From: a virus
Taxonomy: Duplodnaviria > Caudoviricetes
Length of the DNA: 64,000 nucleotides
Direction: 5' to 3' (one strand)
IMG/VR virus record: IMGVR_UViG_3300001598_000048
Span: 9,446 to 73,445 of that record
Positions 1 to 10,353 of this stretch are shown in pieces. Position 1 is the stretch's first letter. Every line of letters starts with the position of its first letter. Both the position numbers and the translations under genes were made by a program. The notes beneath the pieces are model-generated. The model worked only from the letters and a program-made list of their open reading frames with translations. It was not told the origin of the DNA and did no database searches.

Positions 1-79
1 TTAAGCCGATTAAAGTTGCAGGTAAACCCCAAGTAAATGATAGAATGTAAAATAAAATTAATCAAAGTTTTCTTTTCAT
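1..79 (-). CDS. 5' part of a membrane protein; runs off the window start; TGA=Trp at codon 6
   Basis: GAGGTG RBS, then MKRKL(TGA)LILFYILSFTWGLPATLIGL, a hydrophobic stretch that is open only if TGA=Trp. Confidence 0.6.
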
Positions 80-154
80 AATACACCTCATATTTGATTT
101 TATATAATTTATTATAGTAAATTCAATTTACAAAAAACAAATTTGAAATTAATC

Positions 155-183
155 TTGACAAAATGAAAAATTAGTATTATACT
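155..183 (+). promoter_or_regulatory. sigma70/sigmaA-type promoter
   Basis: TTGACA-N17-TATACT upstream of AAGGAG RBS and ATG at 217. Confidence 0.8.
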
Positions 184-216
184 ATGATGTGCAACAAAAA
201 GTAAGGAGTAAATTAA

Positions 217-786
217 ATGATAATAAAATGTTACAACGAAAGTCATAAAAATTTAATTTTTCTTGATTTGGAATTTGAAAATAGAACACTTATACAATTT
301 GCGGGATTATTATTCACTTGAATAGATGACGAAACATATCAATTGACAAGAAGTTGTAATCAATATGTAACCGCAAAAGTTTGTTATCCTTTTATGGAGT
401 ATACAAGTATTACTACGAATTTTCTAGAAGAAAACGGCATTACACTTAGAGATTTACAAATTATCGTTAGAGATGATTTTTTAGCAGATGTAGATTTAGA
501 TGATACATTAGTTATTAGCCACGGTTTGCGCAATGATAGATTGATACTTGAAGAAAACGGCATTAATCTAATTTCGAAAAATGACAAACCCATCGATGGA
601 TATTGCACTTTTAATAATGCTCGTCGTATTTTAGAGCGCGAAAATCATGTCTCGGCTGCAGAACTTGCAGAGGAGGCGGGATATTATCTACATCACGCGC
701 ATAACGCATTTAACGATGTTTGGAGTGAAGTATCAATCTATACATTCTTAAAAAAGATAGAAAAACAAAAATTAGGAGATAAATAA
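217..786 (+). CDS. DEDDh 3'-5' exonuclease (DnaQ-like), 189 aa with TGA=Trp at 319
   Basis: ExoI FLDLEFE lies upstream of the TGA; ExoII SHGLRND and ExoIII HNAFND lie downstream, in frame with track ORF 343..786. Confidence 0.85.
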
Positions 787-1265
787 TGGAATTTTTATTA
801 TTAGACAAATTAAAAACCAATCAGGAATTTAATTATACTATGGTTGAATTTAATTTAGATTTGAATCAACATATGTTAAGTAATATCGCATATATAAATC
901 AAGTTTTTAAAGATTATTTTTCATCTGTTAGTTATACAGCAATTGAAACTGAATATTTAATAAGAATAAATATTGCGGATCAAATTGATGATGAGGAGGC
1001 ATTTTTCAGCAATGCGGTTAAAACGATATTAGCAAAATTCGTTGATAATTTCTGCATTTATGAAGGTCGTCCAAGAGAACATAGATTTGACATTCCTGAA
1101 AAATTATTAGATAAGATTATGATTAGTCGTTCACTTTTAAAGAAAATGATAAATCAAAAAACAAAAGCGGATCGAATTAATATTACTATTGTATGGAAAA
1201 CCGCAAATGAGAATTTTATTTATGAATTATTAAATACTAAACATCCAGGTGAAGCGCATGAATAG
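786..1265 (+). CDS. hypothetical protein
   Basis: Track ORF 159 aa, GGAG RBS, TAATG coupling to the upstream gene. Confidence 0.75.
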   Translation: MEFLLLDKLKTNQEFNYTMVEFNLDLNQHMLSNIAYINQVFKDYFSSVSYTAIETEYLIRINIADQIDDEEAFFSNAVKTILAKFVDNFCIYEGRPREHRFDIPEKLLDKIMISRSLLKKMINQKTKADRINITIVWKTANENFIYELLNTKHPGEAHE

Positions 1266-1752
1266 AAAATTAGATTTTTATACAGATGGAGCTTATTCTT
1301 CTAAAAGTGAAATGGGCGGTTGAGCCGCGCTTTGTATTGAAGAAGATGAAGTAATTAATACAAGAACTGGTTATGAACCATATTCAACAGGAAATAGATG
1401 CGAACTTTTGGCGCTCTTAAGTGCTTTAGAAGATGCAAACACTGTGGAAACAAGTAGAACAAAGATAACTATTTATACTGATAGTGCATATGTTGCGAAT
1501 TGTTTTGCAGATGGTTGGTATAGAAATTGGTTATCAAATGGTTGGAAAACTGCGGATAAACAACCAGTTAAGAATCAAGATTTATGGGTAAGAATAATTG
1601 CATTATATATTAAAATGAAAGAAAAACGTGATCTTGAAATTGTATGGATTAAAGGACACGCTAAAAATAAATGGAATGAATATGCGGATTTACTTGCCAA
1701 GAAACAGAGAATTTTATTAGAACAAAAGATGAAGGAGGCAGATGAAAAATAA
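1258..1752 (+). CDS. rnhA: ribonuclease HI, 164 aa with TGA=Trp at 1321
   Basis: FYTDGA...GG(TGA)AA, NRCELLA, IYTDSAYV, NGWKTADKQPVKNQDLW, WIKGH...NEYADLLA. Confidence 0.95.
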
Positions 1753-2291
1753 TGAAAATATTAATTTTAATGCCTTGCGATGAACAGCACGTTTATGCCG
1801 CAAGTGGTATATATAAAGCGCTTTCAGATGAAGTAAAAGATAAATGCTTTGTTATGCCAATGTTTATGGATTATTTAATTAATACGAAAATAGTTGGAAA
1901 TTGGATAATGGCTTTCTATGATGCTTTAATTAGTGCTAAGAATCTATGTAAAGCCGCAGATGAAAAAAATGATGATGTTATTATTATTGGAAATGCTCCA
2001 TCTGCCGTTAAATTTGATGCTGTTTTCAATTTTCAAGATATAGAAGAAGATATGGCTTATGAAGATAAGTTTATTGAAAAGATAAAAGAAATAGTTGCTG
2101 AAAATGAAAAATTAATCGGCTATGTTAATGATTTACATAAAGCCGAAGAAAGTAAAATGCCTTTGCATAATTGTAAGGCTACAGGCGAATTTTTATCTGC
2201 TTATATTAAAACAGATGCAAAGTTAAATTTATTAAAAGAAGAATACGAACAACGTCTTAATAGGAAAATTCCAGATGTTCTCGAAAGCTAA
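1752..2291 (+). CDS. hypothetical protein
   Basis: Track ORF 179 aa, GGAGG RBS, TAATG coupling. Confidence 0.75.
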   Translation: MKILILMPCDEQHVYAASGIYKALSDEVKDKCFVMPMFMDYLINTKIVGNWIMAFYDALISAKNLCKAADEKNDDVIIIGNAPSAVKFDAVFNFQDIEEDMAYEDKFIEKIKEIVAENEKLIGYVNDLHKAEESKMPLHNCKATGEFLSAYIKTDAKLNLLKEEYEQRLNRKIPDVLES

Positions 2292-3537
2292 TAATTTTGA
2301 ATTAGACCTTAAAGATTTGGATGAGTCTCAGCTCGCAGCCGTGACAAGTGCGGAAGAAAATGTCGTTATAAGGGCTTCGGCAGGTAGCGGCAAAACTAAA
2401 TCTTTAATAAGTGCGATTGCAAATTACAGATATGAACATATTAACGATAGGATTTGCGCAATTACGTATACTCGTGCCGCACGTTCTGAAATGGAAGAAC
2501 GTTTAAAAAATATGGGTATATTTGATGTAGAAGTTACTACAATCCACGTATGAGCCCGCAATCAATTAGAATTCTTTGCGGATCATTATGACTTCTTAAT
2601 CAATATTTTACAAGAATCGCAAATTAAAAAGATATTAAAGAATGAAATTGTGCCGCAATATCTTCTAAAATCTAAGGTTAAATCTGTTAATATTGATATT
2701 TTATATACTTATATCACTGGTAGTAAAAATATGGATATAAGTGATAATTATCGCCGCACACTAAATGCAATTGAAACAAGATATATAGATTATAAACGAA
2801 ATCAACATCTGTATGATTTTACAGATTATCCTTTATATCTATATGATGTATTAACTATTTATAATGAAAATATAAATACTATTGATGCTTTATTTGTGGA
2901 TGAGTTTCAAGACGTTGATGAAACACAATTTAAGATATTTGAAAAAGTTAATACAAATAAGAAATTCTTTATTGGCGATCCTTGGCAAAGTATATTTGTT
3001 TTTAGAGGAGCCGATGGAGAAGTTTTCAGCAAACTTGACAAATTTAAACAATATAAATTAAAATATAATTATCGTAGTTATCAAGAGATTATTGATTACG
3101 CAACTACTGTATATGATACACTAAAAAAAGATGTAGAAATTGAAGAAGAAAATCCAAATGGATTTTATATTTCAGAGATTAATTGAAGCGATCCGAGTTC
3201 TGTTATTTGTGATAGAAAATATGGTGGTTCAGTTACTGTTGTTAATCCTTATAGTGTAAGTTGAATTTTTACTGATACTAATAAAACTTATGTTGCATCT
3301 ACTCTTGAATTTAATAATATTATGACTTCTAATCCGATGATACTTTGCAGAACGAATAAACAAGTAAGAGAAATTCAGTCTTGTGGTTATATTAATGCAA
3401 GTACGGTTCATCAAGCAAAAGGATTGGAATATGATAATGTTATTGTTATTGATTGCGATATAAAATCAATGGAAGATTTGAATATTGCTTATGTTGCAAT
3501 GACACGAGCAAAAAACAATCTTTTTGTTATTAATTGA
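2275..3537 (+). CDS. UvrD/Rep-like SF1 helicase, 420 aa with TGA=Trp at 2551 and 3184
   Basis: Track ORFs 2275, 2650 and 3322 share a frame; motifs ASAGSGKT, VDEFQD, IGDPWQSIF, YNYRS, TVHQAKGLEYD, AYVAMTRAK. Confidence 0.92.
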
Positions 3538-3580
3538 AGTCAATTTGAATTATTATTTAAAAATTGACTGGAGGGATAGT

Positions 3581-5269
3581 ATGTGGACTAATTATAATTT
3601 AACCGATCTATTGTATTCTGTAGTTGGAAGAAAACCTACTAGTTCTATGTCTATAACTATCAAAATGAAACAATTAAAACAAGCATTTAATAGTATCGAT
3701 TTAGTGCTTATTTATAATAATAATCTTGATGATGTAGATATTACTTGAAAATATGGTACATATGAAAATAAACCAGTTTTAGATTTTACACACGGATCTG
3801 TTGATTATGTTACTGTTCAAATACAAGCAATTGTTCTTGCACAACTTTTTAAATATTCTACTGATGTGGAGGGAATACCATCTCAGGAAATAGAATTTAT
3901 TTATGATCCTCAGATTAAAATGAATAGAACAAATGATATAAATTGATATAATATGTTTACAAATGATATAGGAGTGCAATTTGATGATTCTTACGGTTAT
4001 CGTTGAAGTGAATCTAAATATTTAGAAAATGCTACAAACATTTTTTCAATACAAAATTTAATAAGTAATTCTGATGCTGCAAATGCGATGAATGGAAATG
4101 TTATTCATTATAGATATGGAGTAAATGGAAAAGCAATAAATGCAAAAGGAAGAATTGGTACAGATATAACAACTGAAACAGGATATAGAGATAAAAATAC
4201 TGGTAGTTATTTTGATTTTTATAATAAAATTGAATATCTTGGTATGTATAGTGAGTCTGAAAATAATTTTTCTCATTTTGATGCAAGTAATCATTTTGTT
4301 ACTTTAAATGCTTCTGGAAGTTCTATATCATACGAAGGTCCTTTTATATTTGCTCGAGTATGCAATGATTATAATTGTTTGTTAGAAAACTATTCAGATA
4401 TTTATGCAAAAACAGATCATAATTTTAGTTATATATCCTATCAACAAGGAATTAATTTAAAATTAAAAAATAAAACTATTGAATATTTCTTTGGAAATAA
4501 TTGTACAAATCCTTCAAAAATTGCTAAACCAATTGATTTAGACGGAAAAATTTCTTTTAGTTCTTTATCTTCTAGTTTATCTTCTACATATTCTTTTGAT
4601 GGTTCTAGTATTACACCAGAAACTAATATTAAAATAGAAGTTCCACAATTAAGTTCTGATGTTATTGGATATGATACTGCTTGAGATATTGCAAGACATA
4701 TAAAATTAGAAAATTTTGCAACAGAAAGAAAACTTTATATACGATATTGAAAACAAGATGATGGAGAAAAGATTTCTTCTATAACTTTAAATAATTTAAG
4801 TCATATAACATCATCTTGTTTGAAATTCACAGATTTTAATATAGAATTATTTAAACCTTGAAATATAGTAAATCCAAAATCTACTCTTTTAGGATGAGAT
4901 TTAACTACAAACTATAATCTAAATCTCTCAAATACAGTATCTTATAGTTGAAATGATAATTGAACTGGAGAAACACTTTATTTCGAAAGACATGATAGGA
5001 AAGAATATGGTTATGTAATTTTAGGAAAATATGGAGATTTACAATTAACAAATGATAAGAATTTATTAAATTTAACAGATGAAGGACATAATTATTATAT
5101 ACAATTAGATAAACCAGATAATTATAGACAATATGCAATGTGAAGAAGCAAAAGTACGGAATCAAATCATTTAACATATTCTATTACTTCTTTCTGTGAA
5201 CCAGAAAATTCTAATAAATATAGATATTTTGTTTTTAAATTGTACAATATTACGAATTCTATTAATTAA
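3581..5269 (+). CDS. hypothetical protein, 562 aa, N/Y/S-rich, 10 in-frame TGA; possibly a virion protein
   Basis: Manually translated, no TAA/TAG in frame from ATG 3581 (GGAGG RBS) to TAA 5267; joins track ORFs 3524 and 4088. Confidence 0.8.
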
Positions 5270-5276
5270 AATTTTC

Positions 5277-5305
5277 TTGACAAATAGAAAAAAATATACT
5301 ATAAT
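5277..5305 (+). promoter_or_regulatory. sigma70-type promoter
   Basis: TTGACA-N17-TATAAT. Confidence 0.85.
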
Positions 5306-5356
5306 AATAATATAAGGATAAGTATTAACTTATCCTTTTATTGAAAGGAAAAAAAT

Positions 5357-6379
5357 ATGAAAACTATAAAAACTATAAACGATTTCGCAATGATGGAACC
5401 AATGAAATATTACAACAATGAAGATGAAAATAATCAAAAACGTCAAGATATTTTATTAAATAAAGATAATCTTTATATTGCAACAGAAAAACACGATGGC
5501 GACTGGGGAATGTTTATTCACTATAGTAAAGGAAAAAACTTAGTTCGTAGTAGAAGTATAAGTAAAGTTACAGGAGTATATGGTGATTATACAGCAAAAG
5601 TTCCGCATTTAGTTGAAGAAATGGATAATTGGCCAGATAATACAGTAGTATTAGCAGAATTATGTTTTAAAGAATATGGAACTAATGCTAACACAGTTGG
5701 AACAATTTTAAGATGTCTTCCACCTAAAGCGATTGAACGTCAAAAGACAACTCCATTATATGCTTATATATTTGATGTGCTAATGTATAACGGAGAAGAT
5801 TTAACTAATAAACCATATTTAGAACGTATTTATTGGGAATATAATTATCGTTTTGAAGAAGAATATTTTTTTAGACGCACTGAATTATTTTATGATAACT
5901 TTGCAGAACACGCAGATGAAATTATCGTCGCAGGAGGAGAAGGTATAGTTATTCAAAAAAAATCTAATCCTTATATGTCAGGAACTAGAACTGCGTGGGC
6001 AACATTAAAAATGAAGCAAAGTTTACCGCATATGGAACTTAAAGTAATAGGATTTATTGAACCAAATAAATTTTATGAGGGGGATTTTTCACCTATTTGG
6101 AAATATAAATTAGAGGATGGAACTTTAGTTACAAAACCATATTTTTATGGTTGGAAAGTCGGAGTTATTGTTGATTATAATGGTGTAGCAGTTAGAGTTA
6201 CATCTGGTGCAACTGATGAAGATATGGAATGGTTAGCATCTAATGAAGCTGCAGAAAAACTTGCTGCGGGTGAAATATTTGCAGAGGTTAAAGCAATGAG
6301 TGAAAATGAAAAAGCATCATTACGTCACCCTGTATTAGTTAAGCTTAGAGTAGTTGAAGATGGCGTAAATGATAAATAG
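5357..6379 (+). CDS. ATP-dependent DNA ligase
   Basis: Motif I ATEKHDG, YIFDVL, EGIVIQK, LKMK, LRHP near the C terminus. Confidence 0.88.
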   Translation: MKTIKTINDFAMMEPMKYYNNEDENNQKRQDILLNKDNLYIATEKHDGDWGMFIHYSKGKNLVRSRSISKVTGVYGDYTAKVPHLVEEMDNWPDNTVVLAELCFKEYGTNANTVGTILRCLPPKAIERQKTTPLYAYIFDVLMYNGEDLTNKPYLERIYWEYNYRFEEEYFFRRTELFYDNFAEHADEIIVAGGEGIVIQKKSNPYMSGTRTAWATLKMKQSLPHMELKVIGFIEPNKFYEGDFSPIWKYKLEDGTLVTKPYFYGWKVGVIVDYNGVAVRVTSGATDEDMEWLASNEAAEKLAAGEIFAEVKAMSENEKASLRHPVLVKLRVVEDGVNDK

Positions 6380-6387
6380 GAGATAAT

Positions 6388-6678
6388 ATGAAAATAGAAA
6401 ATAAATGTAAAAGTTGTAAACACGAAAAAGTTTGTCGATTTAAAGATGCATTTGAAGGTTCAAAAGAATTATTAGAAATATCAAGTAATTGGTTAGAAAG
6501 TGATAATTTTTCAATTGAATTAAAATGTAAACATTATGAAGAAGTATGGAGAAATACTTATGGAACAATTACTACAACACCATATTATAATGGCGGTTTT
6601 AAAATTAGTGATAATTTAAATTTTACTAATACACTTACTTCATCTGGAGATAATAATGGACAAAGTACAACGATTTAG
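6388..6678 (+). CDS. hypothetical protein with N-terminal CxxCxxxxxC
   Basis: Track ORF 96 aa, AGGAG RBS. Confidence 0.7.
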   Translation: MKIENKCKSCKHEKVCRFKDAFEGSKELLEISSNWLESDNFSIELKCKHYEEVWRNTYGTITTTPYYNGGFKISDNLNFTNTLTSSGDNNGQSTTI

Positions 6679-6994
6679 AGAAATTGTAAATCAAATGGCT
6701 GATTTATATGAAAAGAAAAATAAAAACTATGGTAATAGTTTTGGCGAATTATTTGAAAAACTTGGTCCAATATCAGGATTAGTTCCGCTTCATAATAAGT
6801 TAGACAGAATAACTAATTTAGTAATAGGCGGTAAAAATGATTTCGAATCAGTAGAAGATAGTTTAAAAGATTTAGCTTGTTATGCAATTATGAATTTAAT
6901 TGAAAGAGAATATCAAGAGAATAAATTAAAATCAGAAGAAACAAGTTATGAATGTGTAACTGAAATTGATTGGGGTAAAAAAAATGCAGAATAA
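6656..6994 (+). CDS. DUF1599 / nucleotide-modification-associated domain protein
   Basis: KKNKNYGNSF...NKLDRI...EDSLKDLACYAIM matches this family from memory. Confidence 0.7.
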   Translation: MDKVQRFREIVNQMADLYEKKNKNYGNSFGELFEKLGPISGLVPLHNKLDRITNLVIGGKNDFESVEDSLKDLACYAIMNLIEREYQENKLKSEETSYECVTEIDWGKKNAE

Positions 6995-7571
6995 ACCTCT
7001 TGGTTATTTAGGCGGAGATATTATGACTAAAGGCGCAAATCTTGCGCGTCAACAAGAGTATGATGAATTCAAGAAACTTGATATTGACGTTGATGTTTAT
7101 TCACCAGTAATGAATAAATCAATTAATGACAAAGCATCAATGACAGAAGAAGAAAATAATCATCTTGCGGAAAAAATTACAGATGCCGATATTGAAAGAT
7201 TATGGAATAGTGATTTTGTAGTTATGTGTCCAGAACAAAGCGCAATTGGCTCAATGTGCGAAACTGGCACACTTTATGGCTGGAAATATTTAACAAATAA
7301 GTTGTTATCAAAGATAAATGAATTACAAGAAGATGGAAAATCAGATAGAGAGATTTTGAGTTATTTATTTGGTGAATTAATGAGAATTCAAAATAAAGAT
7401 ATAGGTTATCATTACTTTGATATTAGAACAAATCACTTAAATGAAAAAGATTGGCGCAGAAGTTTTTCTATCAATCAATTATTATATGGTATGATACTTT
7501 ATTCATCATCTGTTGGTGATTTTGAAACCTTTGATGAAATAATGAGTAGATTAAAAGAAAAATATAAATAG
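6984..7571 (+). CDS. nucleoside 2-deoxyribosyltransferase-like protein
   Basis: YLGG...VYSP...DIERLWNSDFVV...AIGSMCETG matches the NDT/N-glycosidase pattern. Confidence 0.7.
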   Translation: MQNKPLGYLGGDIMTKGANLARQQEYDEFKKLDIDVDVYSPVMNKSINDKASMTEEENNHLAEKITDADIERLWNSDFVVMCPEQSAIGSMCETGTLYGWKYLTNKLLSKINELQEDGKSDREILSYLFGELMRIQNKDIGYHYFDIRTNHLNEKDWRRSFSINQLLYGMILYSSSVGDFETFDEIMSRLKEKYK

Positions 7572-7580
7572 GAGTTTAAT

Positions 7581-7763
7581 ATGAGTGAAAAAATAAAAAG
7601 TTTAATTTTTAACATTTTAGCCATTGTATTCATCGTAATAGTATTGGCAGCCGCCGTTTGTACCGCATGCGGTTTTCAATCATTGGTTTTATCAATTTTA
7701 ACATTGGTAAGTCTAATTGCTTTTATTACATTTGCTACTATTTTTAGATTTAAAAATAAATAG
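7581..7763 (+). CDS. small two-TM membrane protein
   Basis: 60 aa, two hydrophobic segments, AGGAG RBS. Confidence 0.7.
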   Translation: MSEKIKSLIFNILAIVFIVIVLAAAVCTACGFQSLVLSILTLVSLIAFITFATIFRFKNK

Positions 7764-7772
7764 GAGTAGCAG

Positions 7773-9053
7773 ATGAGTACTTTAATTTATAGCATTAGCG
7801 ATAAACCAAAAACCATTAAGGAGTGATGTTTATATACATTACAAATGGTTCTTGCTGTATTTGTTGCTACAGTATTAATTTCTGATATATGCGGAACTCC
7901 AGTCAGTGCCTGTTTAATTGGCGCTTGTATTGGAACAATTATTTATCAATTAATTACAGGATTTAAATCGCCTATGTTCATTTCAAGTTGCGGCGCCACA
8001 GTCAGTGCTGTTATTGGCGCACTTGCACTTCCAAGTATTAATGGACAAAACTATTTAATGGTAGTTTTTGGCGGTATTATTATTGCGATTGTTTATATGA
8101 TTTTTGCCGCCTTGTATCAAATTAAAGGCGCTAACTTCATTAATAAAATATTACCACCAACTATCGTAGGCTCAATTACAATAGTTATAGGTTTAAATCT
8201 TGCGGGATTTTTAATTACTTATACGCATGATAGTAATACTTGAGAAGTAATCGTTGCTATTTGCACTATGTTTGTAGTTGTGGTTTCATCGCATTATTTT
8301 AAAGGTTTTATGAAAACCATTCCATTTTTATTTGGTTTAGCATTTGGATATGTGTTTTGTTTAATATTAAAATTATTCGACATTAATATTATTAGTTTTG
8401 AATCTTTTAATAATTTACATTGATATCCAGAATTTACTTTCTTAAAATGGAATTCAGGTGATTTTAGTTGGTCTAATTTAGGACAAACAGTATTATTATT
8501 CTTACCAGTTGCTTTATGCGCTATTTGCGAACATATTTCAGATCATAAGACTTTATCTAATATAGTAGAACAAGATTTAATTGCAAATCCGGGTTTAAAT
8601 AAAACTTTACTTGGAGATGGAATTGCTTCTGCCGTTGGAACAATTACGTGTGGTTTACCTAATACAAGTTATGGTGAATCAATTGCAACAATAGGTTTTA
8701 GTAAAGTTGCATCTGTATGGATTACGACTGCGGCGGCCGCATTTATTGGTTTACTGTCATTTTGTGCGCCTATTACTGCTTTTATAGAAACAATACCAAG
8801 TTGTGTATTTGGTGGTTGCGCAATGGTCTTATATGGATATATTGCAGCAAGTGGATTAAAAACATTAATGAATAATAAAGTAGATTTAGAAGATAATAAA
8901 AATCTAACTATTGTATCAGTTGTATTATGCGTAGGAGTAGGTGGAATATTTTTATTTAGCGCATCTTTTGCTGGTGTAAGTTTAGCAATGGTATTAGGTG
9001 TTATTTTAAATCTAATTTTAAGGAATAAAAATGACGAAGAAGGAATTAAGTAA
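7773..9053 (+). CDS. uraA: NCS2-family uracil/xanthine permease (UraA/PyrP-like), 426 aa with 3 TGA=Trp
   Basis: Track ORFs 7845 and 8823 share a frame; QMVLAVFVATV, SSCGATV, EHISDH, LLGDG, PNTSYGES, GGCAMVLYGYIAASG; many TM segments. Confidence 0.9.
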
Positions 9054-9237
9054 ACTTTTAAGAAGTTTACCACGCAATACAAAAATACAATTAAATGGAG
9101 AAGATGATATAATCGTAACTTATTGAATGAACAATGAAGGTCGATGCGGAATTAATCTATGCAATTCTCCGAATGTAGAAAATGTTGAAATAAAAACATT
9201 TTCAAATAGTGAAAATTTATTTGACAAAGTCGAATAA
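9031..9237 (+). CDS. hypothetical protein, 68 aa with one TGA=Trp
   Basis: AAGGA RBS; MTKKELSKLLRSLP...TY(TGA)MNNEG...DKVE-TAA; overlaps the permease stop. Confidence 0.6.
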
Positions 9238-9249
9238 ATGTAGTATAAT
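9221..9249 (+). promoter_or_regulatory. sigma70-type promoter
   Basis: TTGACA-N17-TATAAT. Confidence 0.85.
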
Positions 9250-9362
9250 AAATTATAAGTTAAGAAAAAGAAAAAAGATTACTAAGATTAAATATTGGTA
9301 ATGCGAAGTAACTTTATCTTTATTAACAAAAAAAATAATACAAATAGGAAAGGAAATTAAAC

Positions 9363-9632
9363 ATGCCAACATCAAAAGCTGCTGAATTTATCAGCTACAC
9401 AGACAACGAAAAAGTTGCAATCGAAACATTAAAAGCTAACAGAGGACAACATTTATCTGCAAAAGAATTAGGAATCGCTGTAGCATTATTAACTTCAATC
9501 GGTAAGAAAGCCGTAGACGAAAGACCAATGGCTGAAGGCGTTGAAAGAATCGTTCTTAACAAAGAAGATTATGAATACGTTTGCCCAACTTGCGGTTCTA
9601 AACATTCTTATAAATTATACTGGATTGACTAA
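9363..9632 (+). CDS. hypothetical protein with C-terminal CPTCG knuckle
   Basis: Track ORF 89 aa, AAGGA RBS, codon usage typical of a highly expressed gene. Confidence 0.75.
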   Translation: MPTSKAAEFISYTDNEKVAIETLKANRGQHLSAKELGIAVALLTSIGKKAVDERPMAEGVERIVLNKEDYEYVCPTCGSKHSYKLYWID

Positions 9633-9640
9633 TTAATTAA

Positions 9641-9728
9641 CTTGTTGCATCTATTCGCAGCAAGGTATCGATACTACTGTGTCCAATATGAATAGGTGTG
9701 TCACTTAATAATGGTCAACACAAAGTAA
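9641..9728 (+). ncRNA. candidate structured RNA element (possible pseudoknot) in the 3' UTR
   Basis: Stem CTTGTTGC/GCAGCAAG whose loop ATCTATTC is complementary to GAATAGGT at 9690-9697; palindrome GTATCGATAC; no family recognised. Confidence 0.3.
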
Positions 9729-9764
9729 AAGAGGAAACTACAGGTCGGTTTCTTCTTTTCTTTT
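9729..9764 (+). terminator. intrinsic terminator
   Basis: AAGAGGAAAC...GTTTCTTCTT followed by a T-rich tail. Confidence 0.7.
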
Positions 9765-9774
9765 AATTTTTATT

Positions 9775-10221
9775 ATGGAGAGCAAAATGAAATTACAATT
9801 TAAAGAATTTTTACATAGAATGGAAGATTCTGAAGCCTTTTCAACAAAAGAAACAAGTGCTGGAATTTTAACTATTCAACAAACAGAAAGAAATGCTCTT
9901 CGCAAGGAAGGATTAGCCGCTCTTAAAAGCGATTTAGAAAGTCTATATGGAGATGAATTCGATATAGTAGAAACTAAAGAAGGTATCGTTGTTGTCGCAG
10001 AAGGCGAAGATTATACTTTTAGTTGAGAAATCAAATGCACAATCAAGAGTTTGGATTATGATCCATTCATCGAAGCGAATAATTTTGCGGATTTAGAGGC
10101 TATGAAAGCGCAAAAGAAAGCCGTTAGAGAAGCAGAAGCCGCAGAGAAACTTGAGAAGAAAAAAGAGAAACAAAGAGCTAAGGCTTTAGAAACATTAAGA
10201 AAATTAGAAGCAGAAGAATAA
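9775..10221 (+). CDS. hypothetical protein, 148 aa with one TGA=Trp and a charged C-terminal coiled coil
   Basis: Frame continues past TGA 10024 to TAA 10219. Confidence 0.75.
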
Positions 10222-10299
10222 TTACTGCTTCTTTTATTTTCAGATTTAATTCAAAATAACTTCAAAATTAAAATCTTAATTAAATTATTAAAATAATAT

Positions 10300-10328
10300 T
10301 TGACAAAGTAAAAAAACTTTAGTATAAT
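10300..10328 (+). promoter_or_regulatory. sigma70-type promoter
   Basis: TTGACA-N17-TATAAT. Confidence 0.85.
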
Positions 10329-10353
10329 ATATTTATATGAAAGGAGTAATAAT

